Positions 1 to 10,073 of a stretch of DNA of 64,000 nucleotides are shown here, one piece after another. Source of the stretch: Bdellovibrionales bacterium (GTDB taxonomy: Bacteria > Bdellovibrionota > Bdellovibrionia > Bdellovibrionales > UBA1609). A model generated the notes under the pieces. The model saw only the letters and a list, made by a program, of their open reading frames with translations, ran no database searches and had not been told where the DNA came from. Location of the stretch: assembly GCA_965261545.1 (NCBI GenBank), contig CBDHDF010000011.1, positions 192,001-256,000 on the forward strand, read 5' to 3'. Numbering within the stretch: the first letter of the stretch is position 1; each line of letters starts with the position of its first letter. Position numbers and translations under genes: made by a program.

Positions 1-1297
1 CTACTTTGCGATACCTCTTTTCTACCAGTTGAGCTTCATACCTTAAACGCTGAATTTGCTGAATGTGTGATTTGTAAACCTCTTGGTCAATTTTTGACTT
101 ATTTTCTAAAGCCTTGGCATACAAGTCTAGCTCGACAGGGGAAAGAACCTTAAAAAAAGCGTTTACTACATAATCATCGATTGGATCTGTAGGAATGAAT
201 TGGCAAGTAGGTTCCCGATGTTGTTGGCGTAGATAGTTGCATAAGTATCGAGTTGCTGTTTTATACTGCACTGACATTTTGTGGCCACATTCTCCACAAT
301 AGACTATCCCATGTAAGAGGGCCTTACCAGGGCGAGGTATGCCTCTTGTTTTATTACGAGTATATTCAGTGTAGTTGTCTTTTAGAATTTCTTGTATTTT
401 TAAGAATGTATTCCAATCGATATATTTAGGATATTTATCTTTCACAACAATTTTCCATTCATTAAGTGGAAGCTTTGTACGCTTAAGTTTTCCAGCTAAG
501 TCTTTTCTACGGTATTCAGCTTTGCCATATACAAAAGTTCCGCTATAAGCTGGATTCTTCAAAATAGAAAGTATGGCTGCCTTGGATGTTTTTTTCCAAT
601 GAATACTTTTTACAAAATCAACTCTTGGAAGTAAGAGGTTGTTATCGTTAAAAAATCGCGACACCTTACCGGCTGATTTCAGTTTTAAGAATATAGTAAA
701 TACTAAATTTATGCGATCTTGTAAATCTTTATTTGGATCTTTTAGCACTTTACCTTGTTCTGTTCGAATAAAACCAACTGGTAATTTAAGAGCTAAATCT
801 CCTCGCTTGGCTTTGTTGAGAAGACCTGCTGTTAATCTATTGCGTATCGTAAATAATTCCATTTCTGAGAGTTGACCTTTAAACCCGAGTAACATTCTTC
901 CATTAACATTAGAAGGGTTATAAATAGACTCTCTATCAGCAATGAGGCAATTCTTAAAAGCACACAGATCAAGTAATTGGTACCAGTCCGTACAGTTTCT
1001 AGATAGACGAGTGACATCGTACGATAGAATAATACCAATTTTTTCCAAGGTCACTTCTGCAAGGATATTCTTGAAGCCTTCTCTAAACTGTATACTACTT
1101 CCTGTGATCCCCAAATCATCATCGACAATTTCAATACTATCTTCTTGCCAACCTAATTCAGTAGCTCTTTGCCTGAGTGAGTATTGAAGGTCGAGACTTT
1201 CTTTGTTTTTGATGGCTTGCTGAGGGGTCGACTGTCTGATGTATATTATGGCTTTTCTCTTTAAGTGAATAGGTGTAATCAATTCCGATGTTTTCAT
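1..1297 (-). CDS. Large serine recombinase (resolvase + recombinase + Zn ribbon), runs off left edge
   Basis: Read by hand from ATG at 1297 (RBS ggag): MKTSELITPIHLKRKAIIYIRQST...YDVTRLSRN...ILKNPAYSG...LLHGIVYCGECG. It is absent from the ORF track because there is no stop in the window. Confidence 0.85.
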   Translation of the reverse strand, partial: MKTSELITPIHLKRKAIIYIRQSTPQQAIKNKESLDLQYSLRQRATELGWQEDSIEIVDDDLGITGSSIQFREGFKNILAEVTLEKIGIILSYDVTRLSRNCTDWYQLLDLCAFKNCLIADRESIYNPSNVNGRMLLGFKGQLSEMELFTIRNRLTAGLLNKAKRGDLALKLPVGFIRTEQGKVLKDPNKDLQDRINLVFTIFLKLKSAGKVSRFFNDNNLLLPRVDFVKSIHWKKTSKAAILSILKNPAYSGTFVYGKAEYRRKDLAGKLKRTKLPLNEWKIVVKDKYPKYIDWNTFLKIQEILKDNYTEYTRNKTRGIPRPGKALLHGIVYCGECGHKMSVQYKTATRYLCNYLRQQHREPTCQFIPTDPIDDYVVNAFFKVLSPVELDLYAKALENKSKIDQEVYKSHIQQIQRLRYEAQLVEKRYRKV

Positions 1298-1321
1298 ATA
1301 TAATCTCCTCAATGGCTAAAG

Positions 1322-1588
1322 TTAAGTCTTTGATGACTTGCTTTTGAATTTCTTTTGGCAGTCTTGGCCAGACATCTTTTGGTGTAATTGACATAGTTGC
1401 TCTTCCAGTTGTTGAGTCAGTGAAATTAGCTCCTGAATTGCAACTATACCAAGTTTGCTTGGGGCCTGCCTATCGTAGAGATTGGGGTTCAGATTGGTAG
1501 AAGCCAATGGTATGCGTAGCGTCATGTGGTTCTTGTATTGAACAAAAGCAAAAGTAGATTTTTTCTGATTTTTAGGTATGGAAATCAC
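1322..1588 (-). CDS. Small accessory ORF of the serine recombinase element
   Basis: In-frame upstream sequence reads VTDPSHPLYRKSFKVISIP, resembling small ORFs that precede this recombinase type; start uncertain. Confidence 0.4.
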   Translation of the reverse strand: MISIPKNQKKSTFAFVQYKNHMTLRIPLASTNLNPNLYDRQAPSKLGIVAIQELISLTQQLEEQLCQLHQKMSGQDCQKKFKSKSSKT

Positions 1589-2151
1589 CTTGAATGACTT
1601 CCTATAAAGGGGATGGGAGGGGTCCGTGACCCTTAGCTCTCTAAAACCTCTGTCGTTGACGGGGGTATTAAGTAATGGACTCGTTTGATTTCGTCACTGT
1701 ACTGTCCACTCTCATTTTCTTACACGGCTCAATCTTTTGATCTCTTGCATCTGAAACTAAAGAGGCGCTAATAATTCCCCAAGTTTCTTCACTTATTTGA
1801 ACAATCAAGTCCTGTAAGGTGGAGTGAGCGTAATTTTCTTCCAATTCAAGGCCCAGAAAAGCTCTGGTGGATACTGAATCGACAAGATTAAAGGCTAACG
1901 CACGATAGGAAAGACCTCTTATGGATTTAAGAATAGCCACCTTGAGAACTTGCTCCGATGTCATACCAATATCACCAGAATCTTTCTTTTCTTTAACAAT
2001 GCAAAATTTCACCTAGTTTGACCCACCCAATTTCACCTGGTTTGACCCACCCAATTTCACGAAGTTTGACCCACTGAATTTCACCAAACATTGACCCACT
2101 TAGATCTTCATAGATATTCTTTCTGCGCTACGCATTAACGAGGAGGTGTCT

Positions 2152-3669
2152 ATGGGCAAACAAGGTAAGAAAAAAGGAGCAAGAATGATCAACAATATTA
2201 AGAAATACATAGAGCTTGGACTCAGTTCGAGACAAATAGCTCGAGCTATGGGTGTTAGTCGGAACACTGTGAAGAAGTATGTGAAGGATAGTCCCGGAGG
2301 CCCTAACAGCCGCTCAAAGGGGTCGCATGGGCCCTACCAAGCCCCATGGTCATCCAAGGTGAATTGGACAGATGTTCGCCTCAAGCAAAGCCTAGGGACT
2401 CAATTGGCTCATTACTGGGAGCGACATATTCAGTCCGAGATTGACGGTGTGAGTTATCTTTCTTTTTGGAGAGAGTTTCGTCGGAGGCACCCAAGTATAA
2501 AGCTTGATATGCACCAGACATTCACCCCTGGTGAACGGAGTGAGTTTGACTATAAGGGAAAAGACTCTTGTTTTGGCTATACAGATGCCAAGACTGGGGA
2601 GTTCATCCCATGTCGATTATTTGGAATGATACTTCCATCGAGTCAGTTTTTCTTTCCATGCGCCACATTAACAGAGCAGCGGGAAGATGTTTTTTCCTCC
2701 ATAGCTTCTGGTTTTGAGTTTTTTGGTGGTGTGACCGGAACCATTGCTTTTGATAACGCAAAGGTTCAAGTGACAAGAGCTGATACTTATGACCCCGATA
2801 TTAACTCTGAGTTTCACCTCTTGTGTGATCACTACAATGTGGCTCCTTTGGCGATGAGGCCATCTCGCCCCAAAGACAAGAGTCTTATCGAAAATACCCT
2901 TGGAGTCTTTTGGCGCTGGTCTTGGCCCCAGATAAGAGAGCGGCAAATGTATTCTCTAGCAGACATCAACGCTGAGTTGAAGCATTTGGCAGCTATTTTC
3001 AATGATCGTATTCAAAAAAAGTATGGGTTGAGTCGTCGACAGAAGTTTGAATCTTTTGAGAAGTCAAAATTGAATCCTCTTCCTGAAAGACGCTATGAGA
3101 GTGGATTCTGGAAGCATTCCAAGGTTCATCCGGATTGTCACATTCAATATAACTACAATTTTTACTCTGTTCCTTATAAGCATCGCGGCAAGAAGTTAGA
3201 TATTCGTATTAGCCAACAATGCTTGGAGGTTTATTCAGAATTAGAGCGGGTGGCGATACATCACATCCCCCAGGGCAGTCGAGGGCGCTACTTTACGACA
3301 AAATCTCATCTCCCTGAGTCCCACCGGGCCATTTTAGAGCAAACGCCACAAAATGTACTTAAAGAGGCATCAAGCCTTGGAGAAAGTATTCACAAAGTTG
3401 CCGAGCGGCTTATCAAAGAGCCTCGCCATCCGCTTATGTATCTTCGTCGTGTTCAGGGGATACTCAATCTAAGAAAACGGTATTCAACAGCTTCTTTGGA
3501 GCAGGCTTGCTCATTTTTTGTAGATGCAGCTTTAAGTGACATTAGGGTTCGTGGAGTTGAGAAAGTTATTTCAGCAAAAAGTCATCGAAAAGAGGAGCCA
3601 AGAGTCTGCCGTCAACCTAATGAAAATTTAAGAGGTTCAGAGCACTGGGAGAATGCTTGCCGCCACTAA
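2152..3669 (+). CDS. istA: IS21 transposase IstA
   Basis: N-terminal HTH; PGERSEFD, FDNAK and PKDKSLIE DDE motifs; ATG at 2152 after gaggagg. Confidence 0.95.
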   Translation: MGKQGKKKGARMINNIKKYIELGLSSRQIARAMGVSRNTVKKYVKDSPGGPNSRSKGSHGPYQAPWSSKVNWTDVRLKQSLGTQLAHYWERHIQSEIDGVSYLSFWREFRRRHPSIKLDMHQTFTPGERSEFDYKGKDSCFGYTDAKTGEFIPCRLFGMILPSSQFFFPCATLTEQREDVFSSIASGFEFFGGVTGTIAFDNAKVQVTRADTYDPDINSEFHLLCDHYNVAPLAMRPSRPKDKSLIENTLGVFWRWSWPQIRERQMYSLADINAELKHLAAIFNDRIQKKYGLSRRQKFESFEKSKLNPLPERRYESGFWKHSKVHPDCHIQYNYNFYSVPYKHRGKKLDIRISQQCLEVYSELERVAIHHIPQGSRGRYFTTKSHLPESHRAILEQTPQNVLKEASSLGESIHKVAERLIKEPRHPLMYLRRVQGILNLRKRYSTASLEQACSFFVDAALSDIRVRGVEKVISAKSHRKEEPRVCRQPNENLRGSEHWENACRH

Positions 3670-3750
3670 TCACATAGCCCCGGTGGGTGGTTCTCAACCA
3701 CCTAACGGGTCATTTTGACCTCCATAAGAGAGGTCGTATAGGAGAAGAAA

Positions 3751-4479
3751 ATGATTAAACAAACAGAAAATTTATTAGAGATATTAAAAATGAGGGGAGT
3801 TTTAGCAACCTTGAGCCAGAGGCTCAAAGAAGCTGAGGAGCAGGATCTTGGTTACGAGGACTTTCTAAATGTCATCTTTGAGGACGAAAAAATCCATCGT
3901 GAAAATCAGAAGGTCTCAAGACTTATCAAAAGAGCAGCTTTGCAGCAAAAAGCAAGCCTTGAGGCCTTTGAAACCAAATCCAACCGAGGAGTCGATCGAA
4001 GAGTTTTGAGTGATCTAGCCCTTATGAGATTTGCTCAAAGAGGTCAAAATATAATTATCTCTGGCCCAACGGGTGTTGGAAAGTCATATTTGGCTTGTGC
4101 CATAGGTAATCACGCCTGTCGCCAAGGTTTTTCCACTCAGTTCTTCAGAATGAATACTCTTGTTGAAAAATTCAACTTAGAAAGAGCCCAGGGGACATAT
4201 CTAAACTTCCTTAAAAGGCTAAAATCAGTCTCGATACTTGTGTTGGATGATTTTGGTATCAAGCCCCTTACCTCTAACCAATATCAAGACCTTTACGATG
4301 TGATTGATGAACGAGGCCCTGACCTGAGCCTCATTCTTACAACCCAACTTCCAATAAAAAATTGGAGTGAAGTCATTGAGGATCCCATCGTTTGTGAAGC
4401 TATTATGGATCGCATAACCTCTCAAGCTATCAAAATAGCCATGTCTGGAAGCTCATTTAGGCAGAGAAAGACGATTTAA
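3751..4479 (+). CDS. istB: IS21 helper AAA+ ATPase IstB
   Basis: Walker A GPTGVGKS, Walker B LVLDDFG, AIMDRI. Confidence 0.95.
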   Translation: MIKQTENLLEILKMRGVLATLSQRLKEAEEQDLGYEDFLNVIFEDEKIHRENQKVSRLIKRAALQQKASLEAFETKSNRGVDRRVLSDLALMRFAQRGQNIIISGPTGVGKSYLACAIGNHACRQGFSTQFFRMNTLVEKFNLERAQGTYLNFLKRLKSVSILVLDDFGIKPLTSNQYQDLYDVIDERGPDLSLILTTQLPIKNWSEVIEDPIVCEAIMDRITSQAIKIAMSGSSFRQRKTI

Positions 4480-4555
4480 GGAGAATCCATGCAAAGGCAG
4501 ACCTTGGAAGACACCATCGGGAGACACTCCATCGGAACTATTGAATCATGTACCC

Positions 4556-4653
4556 GCCAGTTATCCACAAAATTTACCCACGGCAGCGCTGCGTTGATAG
4601 ACATCGGGGTCACAGACGCAGCGTCACCATGGATAAATTTGTGGATAACTGGC
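4556..4653. repeat. 98-bp imperfect palindrome with DnaA-box motifs (also 46376-46473)
   Basis: gccagTTATCCACA...TGTGGATAActggc; 90/98 identical to 14241-14338. Confidence 0.85.
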
Positions 4654-5634
4654 TCGCTATTCTCTGCCATTTTGAGCAATGGATTCAACATCCCCATTGA
4701 AAAACCCTCCATTGAAACCTCAGAAATGGGGAGGGTCGAGATTCTCAATGACAAAGTGGCCAATTTTAGTTGGCATCTAACATTCTGGCAAATAAGCCTT
4801 AACCCACCGTTGGGACATCGTGACATTGAGGGTGTAAAAGTTACTGAGTCAGCAGAAAAAAGAAGGTTTAAATTGACAAAGTTTGAGCCACCGTGAAATT
4901 CAAAATTGGACCTCAAATTGACTGACTGAGGGGTGGGTCAAACTTCGTGAAATTCAGTGGGTCAAACTCGTGAAATTCAGCAACAAGGTCTTCAACCATA
5001 TGGGCAAACTCTGGATGGCGATCAATGATGTTATTAATTTGCTGCAATTCTGTACTGAGTTGGTGGTTAGGATATTGGGAAAAGAGTCCCAACTGTGTCT
5101 TCTTCAAATGGCGCATAGTCCCCCCTTTGGTGAAAGTTTCTCTTTAATTTTTATATTAACATACGTTTTTTTGAGGGAAAAAAGTGAGCAAGGATGTCTT
5201 TTAAGAAGAAAAAAATCAGAGAGGTTCTCGGAGAACATGGATAAGAATTCTACCTCATAGAGAGGTTCCCACGCCTCCTAAAACCTACATAAAAAATAAA
5301 TGAAGAATAAAATATCAAAAATTATTTCTCTGAAAAAACACGTCAAGTATTTTTTGAAGTTGATGCGCAACGTAATGTTATTTCCCTGAAGGAGGTTTGA
5401 AATCACCACGGTGGAAACACAGGTTGATCCAACTCTTCCTCTCATATCAAGTAACCAGTTGATAGCCACATAAGTCACTGAAAGGGAGGGGCTGTGAAAG
5501 GTTCGTCAAGAGAGGGGGGGGGAACTTATTTTATTTTTCCGTTTTATGTAAGTAACTGAATTTACACGGATTATGTTTGATGGACTCCATTTTAAAGCAT
5601 AAAATCTAAAGGGAAGGCATGTAAATACTTAAAA

Positions 5635-5802
5635 CTACTTAACTTTCTTCCCTGGACAGGAACTAGCTATACAACCTGCTTCATTAAGGCCATCTCTTAT
5701 CATCTCTTCTGTCTTTAACATTGAACTGGATAATGGAATTATCAACTCAATAGTGACTGAGTTTGAACTACTTGATTTTAACTTTGCCTTTGGTTTTGAC
5801 AT
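5635..5802 (-). pseudogene. ISKra4-like transposase N-terminal fragment
   Basis: SVTIELIIPLSSSMLKTEEMIRDGLNEAGCIAS resembles ISKra4 N-termini; truncated. Confidence 0.55.
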
Positions 5803-5947
5803 AATACCCTCCTTGGTCGTAAGTCCAGCTAAAATAAAGTATCCCAAGGAATAAGGTATTTGTCTACAAATAATTACAGTATATCATTAGCACACCCCTT
5901 TTATCCCCATCGTAAATTTATTTAATGGCCCAGGTTGGTATTCACAA

Positions 5948-6493
5948 ATGGTTATTGAGGGGGTGGTCATTCATCTCTATAAGTATAAAAACCCAAAGAC
6001 TGGGGAGTTCTCTGTTTTGGCCACTAATCTTCCGCATGGCTCCTTGGACAAGAAGGATATGGTTGCTCTTTACTCTCGTCGTTGGGAAATAGAAACGACA
6101 TTTCGTGATTTTACATCGACAATGAAAATGGAGCAGTGGCACTCAACAAGCCTTAATGGAATATTGCAAGAGCTGTATTCTTATTTTTGGCTCTTCAATT
6201 ATACAAAGATTCAAATGAGCATAAATGAGGATGAAGACAGTGTGAATCAGTTGGTAAAAAATGACTACAAAAAACCTAACTTTAAACTGATTCTTGATTT
6301 CATAATGGATAGCATCCCCCTTTTTGTTGCGGGGCTCTATCAGAAATTTAGGAAGCAGATAAAGTTGCTGATGAAGATTTCAATGGAGAAGAGGAGGCAC
6401 TTCAAAAGAAGCTATGAAAGGTCTATCAAAAGGGCTGGGAGTTCTTTTAAAAGAAATAGCTTAACGCAGAGGCAGAGGGGTGTGGTGGCTTAA
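5948..6493 (+). pseudogene. IS4-family transposase C-terminal fragment
   Basis: LATNL...LYSRRWEIETTFRDF (YREK-like); IS4-like end taaggaaacggcattg at the stop; N-terminus missing. Confidence 0.75.
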
Positions 6494-6648
6494 GGAAACG
6501 GCATTGAGTCAGTAATAGCGATAACTGAAGATGATTTCAGGGTTGACAGTAGCCAATTCCATAGGGAGAGAGGATTAACGCAATACATTAAATCCAATTA
6601 CAACTTTTAGGGATTTCAGGTAATATGGTAAAGCAATCACCTAGTCAT

Positions 6649-6981
6649 GCCTCTGTGGCGGAATTGGTAGACGCGCCGGACTCAAAAAGTTCTCCGTCCA
6701 ACAGTGAAAGGGAATTTGCAAAGAGATAAAATGGTAGGCATTTCAGCGGCTTGCAATCTGTTTTTGCATCCATCTGAAAGCCTAAAAATAAGGAACGCAA
6801 CATATACGCAACAAGCCTCTGTGGCGGAATTGGTAGACGCGCCGGACTCAAAAAGTTCTCCGTCCAACAGTGAAAGGGAATTTGCAAAAGAGATAAAATG
6901 GTAGGCATTTCAGCGGCTTGCAATCTGTTTTTGCATCCATCTGAAAGCCTAAAAATAAGGAACGCAACATATACGCAACAA
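6649..6981 (+). repeat. Two tandem 166/167-bp units, each starting with the 39-bp 5' half of tRNA-Leu
   Basis: gcctctgtggcggaattggtagacgcgccggactcaaaa at 6649, 6815 and 6982; the units differ by one A. Confidence 0.95.
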
Positions 6982-7068
6982 GCCTCTGTGGCGGAATTGG
7001 TAGACGCGCCGGACTCAAAATTCGGTTCTGGTAACAGAGTGGGAGTTCGATTCTCCCCGGAGGCACCA
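6982..7068 (+). tRNA. tRNA-Leu(CAA)
   Basis: Acceptor stem gcctctg/cggaggc, anticodon arm ccgga-ctCAAaa-ttcgg, long variable arm, TTCGA T-loop, encoded CCA. Confidence 0.95.
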
Positions 7069-7091
7069 AATGTCACTTCACAGCATCCACT

Positions 7092-8432
7092 TCAATCTTC
7101 CATTTTCCACATTTTTTCATTGAGTATTTCTGCAATTCTTTTGGTATCCATCTTCGGTTTTCCACAGTAGTGATGCTCGTTGACATCTCGGCCATGGCCA
7201 AGAATGGATGCTCTTTCATCCAAAGACATGCCAGCTTCTTTGGCTGTCAGATTAAACCCTCGGCGCATATCATGCCTTGTGTAGGGCACGCTGTAGTCTT
7301 TCCGAACCTTTTTACCATCTTTATACTTCCTCGTCGCTGGGCTGGAACTCTCTTTAGCCTCTGCCAAACCAGCAGCAATAAATAAAGCTCCCCAGGCACC
7401 ACTTACAGAGTCTACTCTTCGATAGACAGGCTTTGGACTCTTGGTCGATAAACGACAATCTACCATTGTAAAGATAAATCGTGCATCCACTGGAACCAAT
7501 TTGCCTTGTTGGCTGGGAGCGTAACCCACAACCCGGTGCTTCATAGCTCTTTCCACCAAAGGTTTGAGCATATCCAAAACATCCGTAGGAATGATTGTCT
7601 CTCTGGTCTTTCCATATTTGGGTGACCATTGCATTCCATGCTTGGTGGGACACTCCTTGGGTTGAATCACCCAATGACCTGTCTCCCAATTGATATCATC
7701 CACTTCTAAATACAACCACTCCTTTGTTCGCGCCCCTGTACGAAAAAGCCCATAGGCAAATTCTTTGATAGGGAAGCCGTAGCGATGTGTGTAGTTTGCG
7801 GATAACAATTGAGGAAGAATGTTTTTTGAAGGGGCCACCGTTCTTGCCCTTTCTTCTTTGGGCACTGAAATGGCTTCCACATCCACCCAAGGGTTTTGAG
7901 GAATTAGTTTTCTCTTTTTAAGCCATTTAAACAAACGCTTTATGGCATTGAGATCATTAAAAGCAGTGACTCTTTTAATCTCTCCCGCCTTCACACGCTT
8001 AAGTAAATGTCTCCGAAAATTATAAGCCTCATATTCCGTAAGTTTGTGAACATAATTGACCTTAAACTTTTTCTCCAACACGGCAGCGACAGGAAGCATT
8101 CTCGTCTTTTCCGTGTGAAGATAATTGGGTGAAGCCCCTTCAATTTGAAGGTGCTCTAAATAGTCGTTGATAGCCATTTCAAAAGTTGAAAGCTTGCTAG
8201 AACTCTCTTGGAACTTTTCAAGTTCTTTTTCTGTAAAAAGACCCTTGGCAAGTTCCTTTTCTTTTTTACTGGCATTTTTTCTAGCTGATTTTTCATCGTT
8301 ACCAGGAGCACGACCATAAAACCACTTTCCATTGGGGAGTTTAAATTTCCAGTACCAACCCCATTTGCGTTGATGCACATAAACTCTTGGAGTGTATTCA
8401 AAAGATACTTCAAGTTGTACTAATTCGTTCAT
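7092..8432 (-). CDS. int: Tyrosine integrase
   Basis: RTGAR, RHDMRR, LGH and HHY catalytic set; adjacent to the tRNA. Confidence 0.9.
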   Translation of the reverse strand: MNELVQLEVSFEYTPRVYVHQRKWGWYWKFKLPNGKWFYGRAPGNDEKSARKNASKKEKELAKGLFTEKELEKFQESSSKLSTFEMAINDYLEHLQIEGASPNYLHTEKTRMLPVAAVLEKKFKVNYVHKLTEYEAYNFRRHLLKRVKAGEIKRVTAFNDLNAIKRLFKWLKKRKLIPQNPWVDVEAISVPKEERARTVAPSKNILPQLLSANYTHRYGFPIKEFAYGLFRTGARTKEWLYLEVDDINWETGHWVIQPKECPTKHGMQWSPKYGKTRETIIPTDVLDMLKPLVERAMKHRVVGYAPSQQGKLVPVDARFIFTMVDCRLSTKSPKPVYRRVDSVSGAWGALFIAAGLAEAKESSSPATRKYKDGKKVRKDYSVPYTRHDMRRGFNLTAKEAGMSLDERASILGHGRDVNEHHYCGKPKMDTKRIAEILNEKMWKMED

Positions 8433-8728
8433 AGTCTTTCTCCTTTAACCCGATCACTCTGTTTTCTAGAAAGTTGCAGAAATGAATCAAGGTCAGATTT
8501 TAGAAAGACTAGACCCTCCTTAGTAAAGTCACAAAAAGTCAGCCTCCTTGATCTCAGTGCATGATAGCGTATGCTATCAACGCTGCACCGACAGTAAAAG
8601 GCGGCTTCTTTTTCATTAAATACATGGTGATTAAACACCATTATTCTTTCTATTTGATTGTCAAAGAGCGAGTCTTCAGTAGACGCACAGGACGACGGAC
8701 CGATGACTTTTTTATTATCATAAAGCAT
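8429..8728 (-). CDS. Excisionase-like HTH protein
   Basis: FNEKEAAFYCRCSVDSIRY HTH_17-like motif; overlaps the int start; same position as 60070-60315. Confidence 0.75.
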   Translation of the reverse strand: MLYDNKKVIGPSSCASTEDSLFDNQIERIMVFNHHVFNEKEAAFYCRCSVDSIRYHALRSRRLTFCDFTKEGLVFLKSDLDSFLQLSRKQSDRVKGERL

Positions 8729-8857
8729 AGTATTTTCTCCTTAAAAGATCACGAAAAAGGTGAACGTTCGTCTAAAGATGAACGGCCGTATAAAAATGAG
8801 TGGCCGCATAAATCTGATAAACAATGAGCGCAAAAAGTGTTCTTCCCGAATTTTTTG

Positions 8858-8914
8858 TCATCGGACATAAATCTTTCTTAAAAAAGATATTAAAAAATTT
8901 CCTGAATGCTTCAT
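8858..8914 (-). CDS. Putative 18-aa leader peptide MKHSGNFLISFLRKIYVR
   Basis: Strong RBS taaggagg; homologous to the peptide at 11041-11094. Confidence 0.4.
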   Translation of the reverse strand: MKHSGNFLISFLRKIYVR

Positions 8915-9224
8915 GAATACCTCCTTATGGGTATAGTTTGGTTGGGTGAGCCATATAGCTCACCGGCGGGGAATTGTTAATGATTTGATGAATGTATCTG
9001 GTAGGTGTTTGTTGAATAGAATGATTGAATGTCGCCTTCATTTTTTACAGCACGAAGACGGAGAATGAGCCGTCCTGGGGGAAGTGAATACGAGGAGCCC
9101 CCCAATTTTGAGAATTTTTTGTTGACGACGGGCAAAAAAATCACTTTTAGCCCTTTTCAAAAAGGCCAAAAAGGATGTAGGCCATGGCCGTTCACAAAAA
9201 ATCCAAGCAAAGAAGGAGTCAGAA

Positions 9225-9503
9225 ATGGCAAAGTTTAAACACTTAACAAAAGAAAAACTAAATCATGTTCGCAATCGCCTTTTTGAAGTGTCCAGTGGCC
9301 TCAATGGTCTAGGCTCTTTGTTTGAGTCTCAATCAGTACACTTTTGCCCCTCACCAGATGAGCTTTACGGCATTGGACAGCTCTTGAAGCAACTCTCCCG
9401 TGAAGTTGAGGTTCAGGAAGACATCCTAAATTGTGGTTATGATAGTCAAGCCGTGAAGAAGAATTTGGGGGAGACACCAGTGTTAGACTCGAAGAAAAGT
9501 TGA
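9225..9503 (+). CDS. Hypothetical small helical protein
   Basis: RBS gaaggag; 92-aa ORF. Confidence 0.6.
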   Translation: MAKFKHLTKEKLNHVRNRLFEVSSGLNGLGSLFESQSVHFCPSPDELYGIGQLLKQLSREVEVQEDILNCGYDSQAVKKNLGETPVLDSKKS

Positions 9504-9604
9504 AAAAAGGGAGGCAGAAATTATCTTGCCTCCTAGCCTTTCTCTTCCTTCTCATACCCTGCCACGTCCTGCCCTCTCATGAGATCATTACACCGAGGAC
9601 TTCA

Positions 9605-9781
9605 TTAGAAATCCAACTTCTTACCAGTCAGTTTTTCGGCGAACCGTTCCGATGAGGAAAGCCCCTTGGCAATCCGAGTGAGGGCCATTTTTTCTATCTT
9701 TGAAAAGATGGTGGGAGCCGCATAACCTGATCCTAAAAGCAATAAAATGGTGACAATAGCCTTAATAATACCTGTATTCAT
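9605..9781 (-). CDS. Small membrane/secreted protein (58 aa)
   Basis: RBS ggagga; MNTGIIKAIVTILLLLGSGYAAPTIFSK...; below the ORF-track cutoff. Confidence 0.55.
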   Translation of the reverse strand: MNTGIIKAIVTILLLLGSGYAAPTIFSKIEKMALTRIAKGLSSSERFAEKLTGKKLDF

Positions 9782-10073
9782 TGGTCTTCCTCCTTTGGTA
9801 AAACCACCAGTGGTTGGTTTATGTTTATTTTCTATTTGGTTTTAAGCCCAGTTTTGGGCTTTGTTCATAGCAGTTTTCAAGCTGCCTTATCTTATGGCCA
9901 CCATGGAGCCGGCCGTTTTGTCAATATTTCTTGAATCATTATTTTGTGGAATGAACGGCCGCATAAACTTGAGCTTCATTTTTCTTGAGATTTTTTACCT
10001 TAGTATTTCCGGATATACCCGTATTTCCCACCAGAGAGTTTTATCTACTCTCAGTTCTTAAATGAAAAGGGTG

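Larger units (their letters stand above)
2000..4982 (+). mobile_element. IS21-family element A, copy 1 (2983 bp)
   Basis: TG...CA ends; four ~24-bp aatttcac..tttgacccac repeats at the left and two inverted at the right; 4-bp TSD ACAA; near-identical to 43820-46802. Confidence 0.95.
1684..5116 (-). pseudogene. ISNCY/IS5-like transposase split by IS21-A and truncated by the recombinase element
   Basis: Removing IS21-A and one ACAA restores the in-frame sequence ...HMVEDLVKEKKDSG... The frame stops shortly after RVDSTVTKSN (first DDE Asp motif). Confidence 0.75.

Noticed and set aside
4476..4916. ORFs 4489-4896 (+) and 4476-4916 (-), and their copies at 46296-46736, as IS passenger genes
   Set aside because: They span the palindrome and relic IR and have no recognisable motif. 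The + ORF does have an RBS, so it is not fully excluded.
6645..7170. ORFs over the tRNA repeats; CRISPR interpretation of the repeats
   Set aside because: The ORFs are shadows of tRNA sequence. The spacers are near-identical and ~127 bp long, and no cas genes are present.
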